64,000 nucleotides of DNA from Eukaryota sp. TZLM1-RC (Eukaryota; Protista; Metamonada: BaSk clade). This document shows positions 25,271 through 35,870 of this stretch, piece after piece. The translations under genes were made by a program, and so were the position numbers. How positions within the stretch are numbered: the stretch's first letter is position 1; every line of letters begins with the position of its first letter. The DNA is taken from NCBI GenBank assembly GCA_040285825.1, contig JAUPSS010000003.1, forward strand, positions 3,100,001 to 3,164,000, in the 5' to 3' direction. The notes under the pieces were generated by a model, which worked only from the letters and a program-made list of their open reading frames with translations, did no database searches and was not told the DNA's origin.

Positions 25271-26450
25271 AATTGAATTAGAATTGTGGACAGAGTAGAA
25301 AGTAGGAAAACAAGCATTTGTTTCGGTCCCATTGAAACAGAGAGGGAGAGAGAAAGGGAGAAATGTTGAGATAGCTGAATAGGAAGAGGACAAGAGTTGA
25401 AGGAAGGAGAAGGAAACTGGAAAAAAACATTGAGTTTAGACGGAGTAAAAACGACCAGAACAGCCAGAGTGTAAATCGAGCTGATGTTGATGACCACTAA
25501 TAGAGATACATTGGATAGGCATTTGATACCATTGTGTAAATTAGCAATCAATTTGAAATTGCCATCAGCATGTCAGACATCGTGTCAGACAGCGAGATTA
25601 TCTTGACTCTTCCCATTTCTCTGACCGTATGCAGAGACGAGAAAAAGGATAACGAGGTTACGGACCCGGTTCCCACCTCCTTCTTCAACCTGTTCTTCAC
25701 AGAACAGCAGAGTACTTCCCCCCGAACTCCTCAGTCGGCAACAGTCATCCTGCTTAACAAAAAAACAAACGGAAGGTCAGAGCCTCGATTTCCTATAGGT
25801 ATCGTCGTTCTGATCCTTCCGTGGGGGTAGAGTCTGCACTTCTTTCAGTCATCCTGTGAGTCATGATGAGGGTGCTGTTGAATCAGCCATGGTGCTAATC
25901 ATTTTAGATACGGGATGTTTTTCTTGTTTTTTTTGTGTTGAATTGTTATTTTGTTTATGTTTTTGATTTGGTTGATTTTTGTGGTTTAGATACTTGCACT
26001 TTAAATATGGGATGTTGTGTCTTAAACTATTATTTTGACAATGTTGAGTTTGATTATTATGTACATAATTTATCTTTTCAATCCAGTATCTGCCAACATC
26101 TTCTATCAACAAACCCATTTACTGTTGATTTATCAATGGATAGGGATGTTGAAACAAATCCTTGTCTTAGAAAGAGAAGATCTTTTAAATCAACTCCTTC
26201 ATCGAAAACTATTAGAAAAGCGATTTTTGACCAACAAACATCAAAGCGTAAGCGAAAAAATCAACAAAAAGCACTGAACCGAGAAATATTTATTTAGAAT
26301 ACAATGTTGAATATCGAGAACATGAATATTTTGACAAAAAAACCATTGAAAGCGAGTATGGTCAGAAAAATTGACCCAAGTTGTAGTGGTTTCAAGCCTG
26401 ATCCATTGATTCAATTCAAATCAATGACTTTAAATCGAAATTTTCCCGCT

Positions 26451-27190
26451 GTTATGTGCTTTGATCTTGAAACCTATCAGGATGGTCAGCTTTACAGAAA
26501 CAATGAGAACCATTTTATTAAACCCGATAAGACCAGTGATAAAATAGAAAAAGATTGTGGAAATTTTTTGAAAAAAACTGATGAGCAAATGGGTGAGTGG
26601 ATTTCAGATCAAAAAGTTTTTTTTTAATTTCGATTGTTATTGGTAAGTTTGACCGCCATAATTTCTATTTGGAGAAGAAATATTCACTTATGTTGAGAAT
26701 GAGTCCTCAAATCAGATTACCTGACATTGCAAATTCAGGCAGAAATGTTCCTTTGACGAAAAAACTTTGTTTCGTAGGTTTTTGAACATTATTGGCAATC
26801 ATCAACCCCATTGTTTTCTTAATCACAATTCAATGCAGTTTGATTTACAGGTTTTAAAAATAGATTAAATTATTTTGATTTATTATTTGCCACTGTTCCA
26901 GATGATACAGCAATTGATGTACTCAATCAACTTTAACCAAGATGGAGAGAAGTTGTCATCAGGGAAAATGGCTTTTTTCTTTTAGATACTTTGGTTTTTG
27001 CCAAAAAGTTATTATAATACCCTACGGAAATGGATTTGGCAATTTGGCATATAAAATGATAAATGAAAAGAAAATCAAACTTCATCAGGAATTTTCCCAC
27101 ATTTTGCCAATTGATTGTTGAGCTACTTTCTCCTCTCATACAAAATTCGATTCAATATGGGCTTCATGATGATATCCTTCGTCTGAATCT
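26451..27190 (+). pseudogene. PolB-family (DEDDy) 3'-5' exonuclease domain, frameshifted
   Basis: ExoI CFDLET; ExoII FDEKTLFRRFLNIIGNHQPHCFLNHNSMQFDLQVL; GFFLLDTLVFAKK; ExoIII QYGLHD (YxxxD). Confidence 0.72.
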
Positions 27191-29415
27191 TTTCGTGCTG
27201 TTTCAGAAAGGCAAATTGATTTTATCATCTTATAAAACCATTCGAGCAACCGTCAACTCAATGGTTAAACATTCAAATGTGATACTCAAATTGAGAAAAA
27301 CTGCTTTAAAATTTCGACAATTGTGTGTTCACACCACTTGATGCTTAAAGCTCTATTGACAGTATCGTTTTGAACTTACTTTTATACCACCAGAAATATC
27401 TGCCCAATTATATGAATCATTAATAGCCAGAATTCGTTATGTTTCAGCTGAGTATTATGGGGAAGAAATGGTGAAATTCAAAAAGTGCATTTCCAAAGGA
27501 TTTTAAAGACTTTATCTATGGTGAAGGAGATTATAGATTATCGACTACCTTTGAACAACAAAGTTGAACAAAACTATAAGTAATGTAGACCATTTGAGAT
27601 ATAGGCCTGAGTTTTTTCCTCGATTTCCAACTGATGGATTCAGTAGAACATCTGGGTATATGGCCCCAGTAATGTTTGCCAATTTTGAGAATAATTGGAA
27701 ACTAAATTATGAAAAACATATTAATCGATTTATTAATGTTTACTTTGACAAACCAGATGTGGAAAATGTGTTATCAAAAATGCACAAGCTGGGTGGATAC
27801 TCAATGCCATTATCTACTATAATTTCACTATATAGATTTAGGCTTCGTCAATTCAAAAACATGTTTTTAGTTGAAGATAGAGATTGCTTGAGTTCTTTGT
27901 TTCATCATCCTGAAAATATTTCAGCCCTTCTGAATGGGGAATTTTTCGATTTATGTGAACACCATGATATAAGAAATAATGAACTTAGAGACATATTTGA
28001 AGGTCTTATTGAACCATTTACTTGTCAAATTGAGAATTTTGTCACTAACGAGAATTTAGTTGACAACATATTTCCAGTGGATATACATTTTCTTGCAGAC
28101 GCTGTTGAAAAATATCCTCAAATATTCCTAAAACCAGCAATTACAACAGCCCAATATATTTCCAGTAGAGAGGGAAAACCTTATCACGTTACCCCTGTTT
28201 CAATTACTGTAGGTCCTCCATATTTTCCTATTGATACAAGAACAATATGGACATCTATTAGACAAACAATGATGGACGATTTGTTGCTTAAACAGAAATT
28301 GAAAATGGTCAATATGTAAGTCCAAGTTCATAGATTCAAACCACCTGAGCAATTTGATTTTTGGTCTAATATTCTCGATTTAAACCAACTAATGTTCAAA
28401 CACAGAATTTACAAATTCAACAACATTATCCACACATATGGATTTAATATTGCAGTAGAATTTGTTCGTCAGGATTTACAAAGTCAGAAATGTAAGCCAG
28501 ACAACAAGGCCAGTGTTTCTGATTTATATATCGATGATGTTGATGTTGATATTTTTCAAGACAAACGAATTGTTGTTTGTGATCCTGGAAAAAGACTGAT
28601 GAAGAACTAGCCACGGTGCCTGAACATGAAACTGAACAGCAAAGAAATAGTCGGGTGATGAATCAAGACAAGAAGTACAAATGGTTGAGAATGACTCAGA
28701 TGTGCTGGTCTTTGAAAAGTAGGATGAATGAAAAGCAAAAACGATGGGCGACAAAGTATAATGAGGTAGATTACGACAGGAACCAAATGTTACAGTCTAA
28801 CGAAATCACAATTGAAAATGCAAACACTGAATTGTCTGCGTTTGTTGCCAATTCAGCAACTTTTATAAATTTGTCCAACTTTGTGGTTGCCAAACTTCGG
28901 CAAGTTTTTTTTGACAATCGACTTTTATAGTCTTGACTTGTGGAGCATTCATAAAATGAAAGCTTTTATTCACATGCAAAAGACTGAAAGTTGGTTATTA
29001 AAAAATCTTGTTCAGCAGTTTGGCAATCCAAAAGACACTTTAATACTACTGGGTGATTATGGTGAAAAAAGGTTCCAAGAATTTAAAACATCAGAGACCT
29101 ACTAGAGGCATTGGATGGATTCAATTTCTGAAAAGAAATGGATTTGAAGTAACGATGATTAATGAAGCTTTCACTTCAGCAAAATGTCCTGTTTGTTTTG
29201 GAAAGGTTGCTACGTTTTTGAGAGTAACAAATCCCACATTCTATAGAAGAGAAAAGACTCCTGTTACTACATGTCATGGTTTATTAGCTTGTAATAGTGA
29301 GAGTTGCAAACACAGTAACAAAGGCTCAACAAACTTTTCAATAAAATTAAGCTGGCTTGTCTGAATATGTTTGCAATTGCTGAAGCTAGAATGAGTGGTA
29401 ATGAAAGGCCTGAGT

Positions 29416-29464
29416 ATTTGTGTATTAGATAGTTTTTGTAATTATTCCTGGGAATTTCACACAG
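29416..29464 (+). ncRNA. Candidate Fanzor omegaRNA scaffold / element right end (copy 1, internal hairpin deleted)
   Basis: Conserved with 35369-35442 and 42421-42493. Similarity stops at ...GGGAATTTC(C/A)CACAG. Confidence 0.55.
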
Positions 29465-29513
29465 ATTAAATTCATTTGACCTCACCTGTCACCTATCTAT
29501 AAGCTATTTGATA

Positions 29514-30857
29514 ATGTCCAGTGCTATTGCTACAAGGTATATTCGGTCCCAGTCTCTTCGTGTGCTGTCTTTCATGCCACAACCTTTTAATGGAACCGCT
29601 GACTGCAGCAACAACGTTTTACAATCCACATCCTCCAACGCGTCCAGTCTCACCCAGTCCGACAGTCGCGTCCGTACAGCTGATGTTACTTCTCGAAAGG
29701 GCCATTCATGGGAAGATTACATGTTAAAGTACAACCTGCTTAAGGGTATATTTGAAGCAGGCTTTGAAGAGCCCTCTCCAGTGCAAGAACAAGTCATTCC
29801 TATGGCTCTTATGGGAAAGCCTCTCTTGGGACGCTCTAAAAACGGAACAGGCAAAACTGCTTCCTATTTAATTCCAGTGCTTGAAAGAATCAGCATAGAA
29901 AAGGTTAAACCACAAGCTGTGGTCCTCGTACCAACCAGAGAACTCGCACTTCAAACTTCAGAAGTCGCCCGCAAGCTGGCCACCTTTATGGAAGGTGTTC
30001 AAATAATGGTATGTACAGGGGGTACTTCTGTCCGTGATGACGTGATACGGTTACGTCAAGGTGTTCATCTCTTGGTAGGTACCCCTGGTCGTATACTTGA
30101 TCTCACCAGAAGAAAAATTGCTGATTTAAGTGAATGTAACATGTTTATTATGGATGAAGCTGACAAGCTTTTGGCTGCTGAATTTCAACGCACCATATCC
30201 CAACTTCTACCCTCTTTACCTCCAAAACGTCAAATCATGGTCTTTTCAGCCACATTCCCAATTGATGTCAAACATTTCGTGGATGAATACATGTCGTCTA
30301 ATGGACCACCCCACACTGTGAATCTGATGACCGAACTGACATTAAAAGGTCTTACACAATATTACGCATATGTTGAAGAAAGACAAAAAGTACATTGTTT
30401 ACATACACTGTTTAAGAAACTCAACATTAATCAGTCAATAATCTTTTGTAATTCTGTAAATAGAACCAAACTACTTGCAAAGAAGATCACTGAACTCGGT
30501 TATGACTGTTATTACGTTCACAGCGCTATGGAACAATCCGAACGTTCCCGTGTATATGCAGACTTCAAAAATGGAGCTTGCCGCAATCTCGTATCATCTG
30601 ATGTGTTTGCCAGAGGTATTGATGTTCCCTCTGTCAATGTTGTGGTTAACTTTGACATGCCCAGAAGCTCAGAAACCTTTTTGCATAGGGTTGGTAGGAG
30701 TGGAAGGTTTGGTACCCTGGGTATTTCTGTTTCTTTTGTTACTCCCGCGGATAGAATGCTCTTGTACACCATTGAACAAGAATTATCAACAGAGATTCAG
30801 CCTATTCCCTCGCATGTTCCTCATAATTTGTATTTGGATCCTCATCCGTCATCGTAA
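29514..30857 (+). CDS. DHH1: DEAD-box RNA helicase DDX6/Dhh1
   Basis: [10 protein letters not shown]; KNGTGKT; PTRELA; DEADKLL; SAT; [23 protein letters not shown]; [10 protein letters not shown]. The start ATG could instead be 29574. Confidence 0.95.
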   Translation: MSSAIATRYIRSQSLRVLSFMPQPFNGTADCSNNVLQSTSSNASSLTQSDSRVRTADVTSRKGHSWEDYMLKYNLLKGIFEAGFEEPSPVQEQVIPMALMGKPLLGRSKNGTGKTASYLIPVLERISIEKVKPQAVVLVPTRELALQTSEVARKLATFMEGVQIMVCTGGTSVRDDVIRLRQGVHLLVGTPGRILDLTRRKIADLSECNMFIMDEADKLLAAEFQRTISQLLPSLPPKRQIMVFSATFPIDVKHFVDEYMSSNGPPHTVNLMTELTLKGLTQYYAYVEERQKVHCLHTLFKKLNINQSIIFCNSVNRTKLLAKKITELGYDCYYVHSAMEQSERSRVYADFKNGACRNLVSSDVFARGIDVPSVNVVVNFDMPRSSETFLHRVGRSGRFGTLGISVSFVTPADRMLLYTIEQELSTEIQPIPSHVPHNLYLDPHPSS

Positions 30858-31026
30858 GTTGTGTATTTTAGATGGTTTTCTCTTTAGAGTTTTTACGTCT
30901 AATAAAAAGTTTAAAAATGAAGTTTTTAATACCAACCTTAATTAATCAACAATTAATTGTACACTCGACATTTGTGAATTCGAGGAATTGAGCGTTATAC
31001 GAACACCATTTCCCTGCACTTTACAC

Positions 31027-32319
31027 ATGTCACTCTCACATGTACATCTGCATATCATACGCTTACATGTAGAGTCTGCACTTGATCAGGGGCGATACTC
31101 TGTCGTTTCAGAAACTGTTCCTTCAGTTGAAGACATCATTGATTCATGGGGAGAGCAACATAGTAAAAGGCTCTCTTCTCTCGCGCATGATACTTGCTTT
31201 CTTCTCAAATACACAGACATTTCTACACCACGGCAATTTGATTCGGTCACCAATACTATTCTCAACATTGCCAAGCACTACGATTCTGATGTTACCAAGG
31301 AAGCAATTGATAGCCTTGTCTATATTTCTGGCTCATTCACTTCATTCATGCGAATCATTTCTCCATTATTGTCCCAGATGTTTCGCAATATAGACACTGC
31401 TTCTGATAATGAAAAGATTAAATTGGCCCAATTGATAATATTTATACTTGCCAAATGTACACAAAAGCATGAATTACTGCACCTTATTGCTGTGAATTTC
31501 AAATCAAATACAATAGATTACATTTGGGATATGGAGATTACCCCAGATGAAGTGTTCGGCACTTTCAGAACCCAGCCATCTAAAATTGGTAGTCTTCCTC
31601 TATTTGTGGCAACTCTGCTTCAAAGTAGAAATGAAAAAGTTAGAAGTTTCGCATATCATGTGATTGCTGCCAAATCAGCTGTTTTTCCTGATATTGCTTC
31701 TCGAATGATTGGTATATTAAAAAAGGGAATTTGGTTTGAGAGCGAGAACAATAGGGTTTTGGTGTGCTTTTTACTGTCAGATATTTGCTGTAGACATAAG
31801 ATTGCGGCTGATTTTGCTCTTTCACTAGTTGGTTATCCGTGTGAAAAAGTAGCAGCCATCTCCGTTTTCACAATAGGAAGATTGTTATTGGAAGATGTTT
31901 GGGGGCTGGAAGTAGAGCGTCAAATCGCTGTTATGGCTAAGTTTTTGGTAACCTATGACATGGGAAGGAATCAAAAATTGAAAAATTCTAAAGAAATTGA
32001 TGCAGGAGTCAAGTTTGTTAAACATTGTTTCCAACTTTATTCTTCCAACCATTCACAACATCAGCAAGAACTCATCAATACTGTTGTTTGGGTAACTTTA
32101 AACGCAATTGTTGAGAAGAGAATCGTAATTGATGACAGAATCACAGTCGCTACCAACGTTCACCCCATTTTAAGAATAATAATGGAATCCATTGGTTCTG
32201 AGTACCTTGAAACTATTCTCTTTGGGCTGAGAGAAAATTTGAAAGAGGGTTTGGGGATGGAACTGAGTGATGTCCAGCTTTATAATATTTTAGGAATTCA
32301 AGAAAAGTTGAATGATTAA
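31027..32319 (+). CDS. HEAT-repeat protein, probable condensin CAP-G (Cnd3)-like
   Basis: Helical repeats. AISVFTIGRLLL..KFLVTY..HCFQLYSS...HQ resembles the Cnd3 C-terminal domain. Confidence 0.5.
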   Translation: MSLSHVHLHIIRLHVESALDQGRYSVVSETVPSVEDIIDSWGEQHSKRLSSLAHDTCFLLKYTDISTPRQFDSVTNTILNIAKHYDSDVTKEAIDSLVYISGSFTSFMRIISPLLSQMFRNIDTASDNEKIKLAQLIIFILAKCTQKHELLHLIAVNFKSNTIDYIWDMEITPDEVFGTFRTQPSKIGSLPLFVATLLQSRNEKVRSFAYHVIAAKSAVFPDIASRMIGILKKGIWFESENNRVLVCFLLSDICCRHKIAADFALSLVGYPCEKVAAISVFTIGRLLLEDVWGLEVERQIAVMAKFLVTYDMGRNQKLKNSKEIDAGVKFVKHCFQLYSSNHSQHQQELINTVVWVTLNAIVEKRIVIDDRITVATNVHPILRIIMESIGSEYLETILFGLRENLKEGLGMELSDVQLYNILGIQEKLND

Positions 32320-33897
32320 CGCTCTTTTCAGTGACCATCTCATATTGAACAACTCTTATTCGACATTTATTCAATAAGCGAAAAGGTTTTATTTTTTCAA
32401 TGATATTTAAATTTTGTTAAAAATGTAACATTCGCCATGTAAATTGTTTATCGGACGATTTTTATTTCATTTAGTTTTACTGTGCAGATTCACTTGATTG
32501 ATAACGAATTATGAATCACAAATTATTACTTTATCCCACAATACCTGGTAATTTATTAACTCATTTGTTTGTACAAACAAAACAGCCTATCTCCTTAGTG
32601 CAAATATAAATCATTTAAAGCTTGTTTGTCTATGCATTTTAATAGGTTTAGGCAGTGGATTGTATAATTGACGATACACATTCAGTTTTCACGAGTTTGG
32701 AAGAAACATATTACATGAATTTATTTATTCAGAAACTTATATACCAGCATCTAAACAATCAATGTCTCCCACAGCAAAAAACTACAGTAATCAGTGTAAT
32801 TGACTGAAACAGACTAATTAATATCCAAACTAATCAATCTTGTAAAAAATAACTCTGGATTATTTTGTAATTAAGGATGTGAAGTTTACCGTTGTTCAAA
32901 CGTTCAACATGTCACTGTTCTTGATCTTTCTTTATTGGTACCAGCTTATCTATTCCATATTATTCATCACGACTTTCTTCATTATTTTCCCAAATCCACT
33001 CAGTTGTGGTGATGTTTGAGAATCGGACAATGAACCACTTCCTGTTGCTCATTGGTTGTGTTGATTTGGCCGTTGGCATTCCGCATTGGGGAACCAAACA
33101 CCATAATGTGGTGGGGAAAGATGGTGAAGATGATTTTAGTTTATGTTAAACTGTTCGTTCAGCATAGTAAATTGGGACAGGTCATCCATGTAAGCCACAT
33201 AAAATGGGTAAAAACGAAGAGTGTCATAACCAATTTGCACATAATTAGCCAATAATTGTAAGCATATAGTAATCCTAGATTGGTTAATAAAAGTTTTGCT
33301 AATTTGCACAATTGTGAATTCATCAATCAAATTTTCATACATTGATATAATTCTAGTTGCAACTATCTCATTGTGAGATTGATCCAAGAGAGAGCAGCGC
33401 ATAAGAGACCGTGTTCAACATCCGCTTAAAAATGAAAAGACAATTCTTTTCTGCCAAAAATATGTATTAAAATTTTAACTAATCCTTCTTTTAACAATCA
33501 ATTCAAAATTTGCCAAAAAACGTAAAGCAGTGGGTACAGTGTTTCAAAAAGTGAAAGTACAAATGGATACAAATCGTATTTTACATGGTGTTTTGTAGAC
33601 AATTTGAATTGGACAAAGGTTTACTATTAAACGAAAATTTTTTCAGACTTTTTGCCCTGAACAGAACACATTTGCACACCAGTGTCACAATTTGATCCTA
33701 TTTGTTATTGATTTGTTAAAGGTAGGACAATTTGAAATGTTGTTCACACTTCTTGTGATCTAGATTAATGGAACAACTGAGATTTGCAACAGGTTCCATT
33801 TTTCAACTTGAATTCCACGGTGTGAGAAAACAAGTAAAGGATGGTGTTAAAAATGTTGTTTGTTTGAGATTCTCCCAAATGTTCATATATTTTCGCC

Positions 33898-34341
33898 ATG
33901 GTACACCCAAGAAGAGCCGAGCTGTTGGCTAGATTGTTCCTTATGCAGCGTGGACTTCTTCCACGTCCTATCTTTAAGAGCTCTCCACCAAAGAAACCCA
34001 AACAGCCTGATCTTCCTCGAGTAAATGGGCGAAAGCCTTCGCAGTGTTCCCATTGCAAGTCGTTAGCACACAACAGATCGAAATGTCCTTCTCTGAATGT
34101 TGATATTCCTAAAATAAAAGAAAATGGAAGAAAAGCCATACAATGTAGTCATTGTCGTGCTTATGGACACAACCGCCGACATTGCTCTGAACTGAAGAAA
34201 CTAGCGGAACAGCGTAAACGAGAGCAAGAAGGGACTGCTCTCTCAACTGCTACTGGAAAGAAACAAATCACTTGTGGACATTGTAAACAAGTTGGTCACA
34301 ACAGGAGAAGGTGTCCATTATTGCAGGGATCTGGTTTTTAG
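33898..34341 (+). CDS. Small basic protein with three CX2CX4HX4C zinc knuckles
   Basis: CSHCKSLAHNRSKC; CSHCRAYGHNRRHC; CGHCKQVGHNRRRC. Confidence 0.75.
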   Translation: MVHPRRAELLARLFLMQRGLLPRPIFKSSPPKKPKQPDLPRVNGRKPSQCSHCKSLAHNRSKCPSLNVDIPKIKENGRKAIQCSHCRAYGHNRRHCSELKKLAEQRKREQEGTALSTATGKKQITCGHCKQVGHNRRRCPLLQGSGF

Positions 34342-34824
34342 GTTAGTTTATGTATAGTTCTTTAGCTTTGAACAATACTTTATTTGTCTACATTATTTTA
34401 TCATCAAAATCAGAAGTGGAACCTAATGCTTGGTCCAGAATAGATGGTGGAGATATAGAATTGTGTGGTGAATCACTGTCAGTTATGTTCATCTTATCAA
34501 TTTTTGTGGTTTAATTTGAAATAAATTTTTTGGAATATTTTTCTGCTTTCGAAAAATCTTGAACAAAAGGCAGTCAATGTGAATCACTAATTTATCTGCA
34601 AACATACTGCAAAGGTGGTAAGAATAGCATTCAACAAGAAATTTACATTGATCATGATTTTCTGATCACAGGCTGTTAGAGTTACATTTTCTTTCATCAG
34701 CTCTCAACTCAAAATCAAATACTGCAATGACTCAAAATCAAATTAAAATGAAATGTGCAGCAATAACAAAATAAGTTTTATTACTTTAGGACCAAGGGAT
34801 TCGATAGCTTTGTAATGAATCCCA

Positions 34825-35442
34825 TTTTCCAACTTTGTGGTTGCCCAACTTCAGTAAGTTTTTTTGACAACTGACTTTTACAGTCTTTGCTTGTGGAGCA
34901 TTCATAAAATGCAAGCTTATAATCACAAGCAAAAGACTGAAAGTTGGTTGTTAAAAAATCTTGTTCAGCATTTTCGCAACCCAAAAGACACTTTAATACT
35001 AATGGGTGATTATGGTAAAAGCGGCTTTAAAAACTTAAAACATCAGGGACCTACTTGAGGTATTGGATAAATTCAATTTCTGAAAAGGAATAAATTTGAA
35101 GTATTGATGATTAATGAAGCTTTCACTTCAGGAAAATGTCCCATTTGTTTTGAAAAGGTTTCTATGTTTTTGAGAGTAACAAATCCCAGATTCTATAGAG
35201 GAGAAAAGACTCCTGCTACTACATGTCATGGTTTATTAGCTTGTAATAGTGGGAGTTGTAAATTCAGGAACAAAGGCTAAACACAGCTTTTCAATAGAAA
35301 TAAGCTGGCTTGTCTGAATATGTTTCCAATTGCTGAAGCTAGAATTAGTGGTAATGAAAGACCTCAGTATCTGTGTAGTAAATTGTTTTTGTTATTATTC
35401 CACACGACAATTGATCATATACTTATGGGGAATTTCCCACAA
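34825..35442 (+). mobile_element. Fanzor1 copy 2: 5'-truncated, C-terminal RuvC/Zn region plus right end
   Basis: High nucleotide similarity to 28870-29464. GDYG; INEAFTSGKC; NRNKLACLNM. Confidence 0.9.
35369..35442 (+). ncRNA. Candidate omegaRNA scaffold (copy 2)
   Basis: Conserved right end with a GGGAA-T-TTCCC inverted repeat. Confidence 0.55.
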
Positions 35443-35870
35443 ACTTTGATACAAGAATCATACATCTCTACCTTATTGAAAAACATTAATGCAAGATTGT
35501 TTGAGCAGCAGTGAAATAGTGTAAATGTTCAATCATAGTAATGTCCTTTTTTTTGAACAAACAGAGTAATCGTATATTAGACATAGTTCTAAATTCGTGG
35601 AAAGTTGCGAAAACAAACTAAGCAAGGTAAATGTCAAAAACAGATTAATTAATTTATTAATTTATTAATTTTTAATTAATTTATTAAAGAAACGATTTCT
35701 TTCAATATTGAAATGCCAGGGCTTTTTCCAACCATTTAATTATATTTCAAATTCAAAATTGAATGTGAAATACTGCAAAACAAACAATACAAATGATTAA
35801 ATTCAATAATGAAAAATAGATAAAATTCAGTAACCAACTATCATCAAACAAAAGCTTAAGCTGCAAAAAA

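Larger units (their letters stand above)
25935..29464 (+). pseudogene. Long Fanzor1 (TnpB-like RuvC RNA-guided nuclease) locus with an N-terminal DEDDy exonuclease; stops and frameshifts
   Basis: Fanzor1-type blocks YKTIRATVNS..VHT, FENN..HINRFINVYF, PYFPIDT, FNNIIHT.G. RuvC-I CDPG (28581), GDYG, INEAFTSAKCPVC, CHGLLAC...C, LACLNM. Left boundary uncertain. Confidence 0.88.

Noticed and set aside
25854-25860. CTGTGAG as a left TIR matching the Fanzor right end CACAG
   Set aside because: Only 5 bp of complementarity and no TSD; expected by chance.
26451-27190. Polinton or viral DNA polymerase B gene
   Set aside because: Only exonuclease motifs are present. No polymerase motifs (SLYP, YGDTDS) follow, and the frame runs into Fanzor.
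25935-29432. Stop-codon reassignment to explain the in-frame stops
   Set aside because: Host genes end in TAA/TAG without internal stops, the lesions include frameshifts, and all three stop types occur.
33136-33402. YMDD in a short minus-strand ORF as a reverse transcriptase motif
   Set aside because: No other RT motifs nearby.
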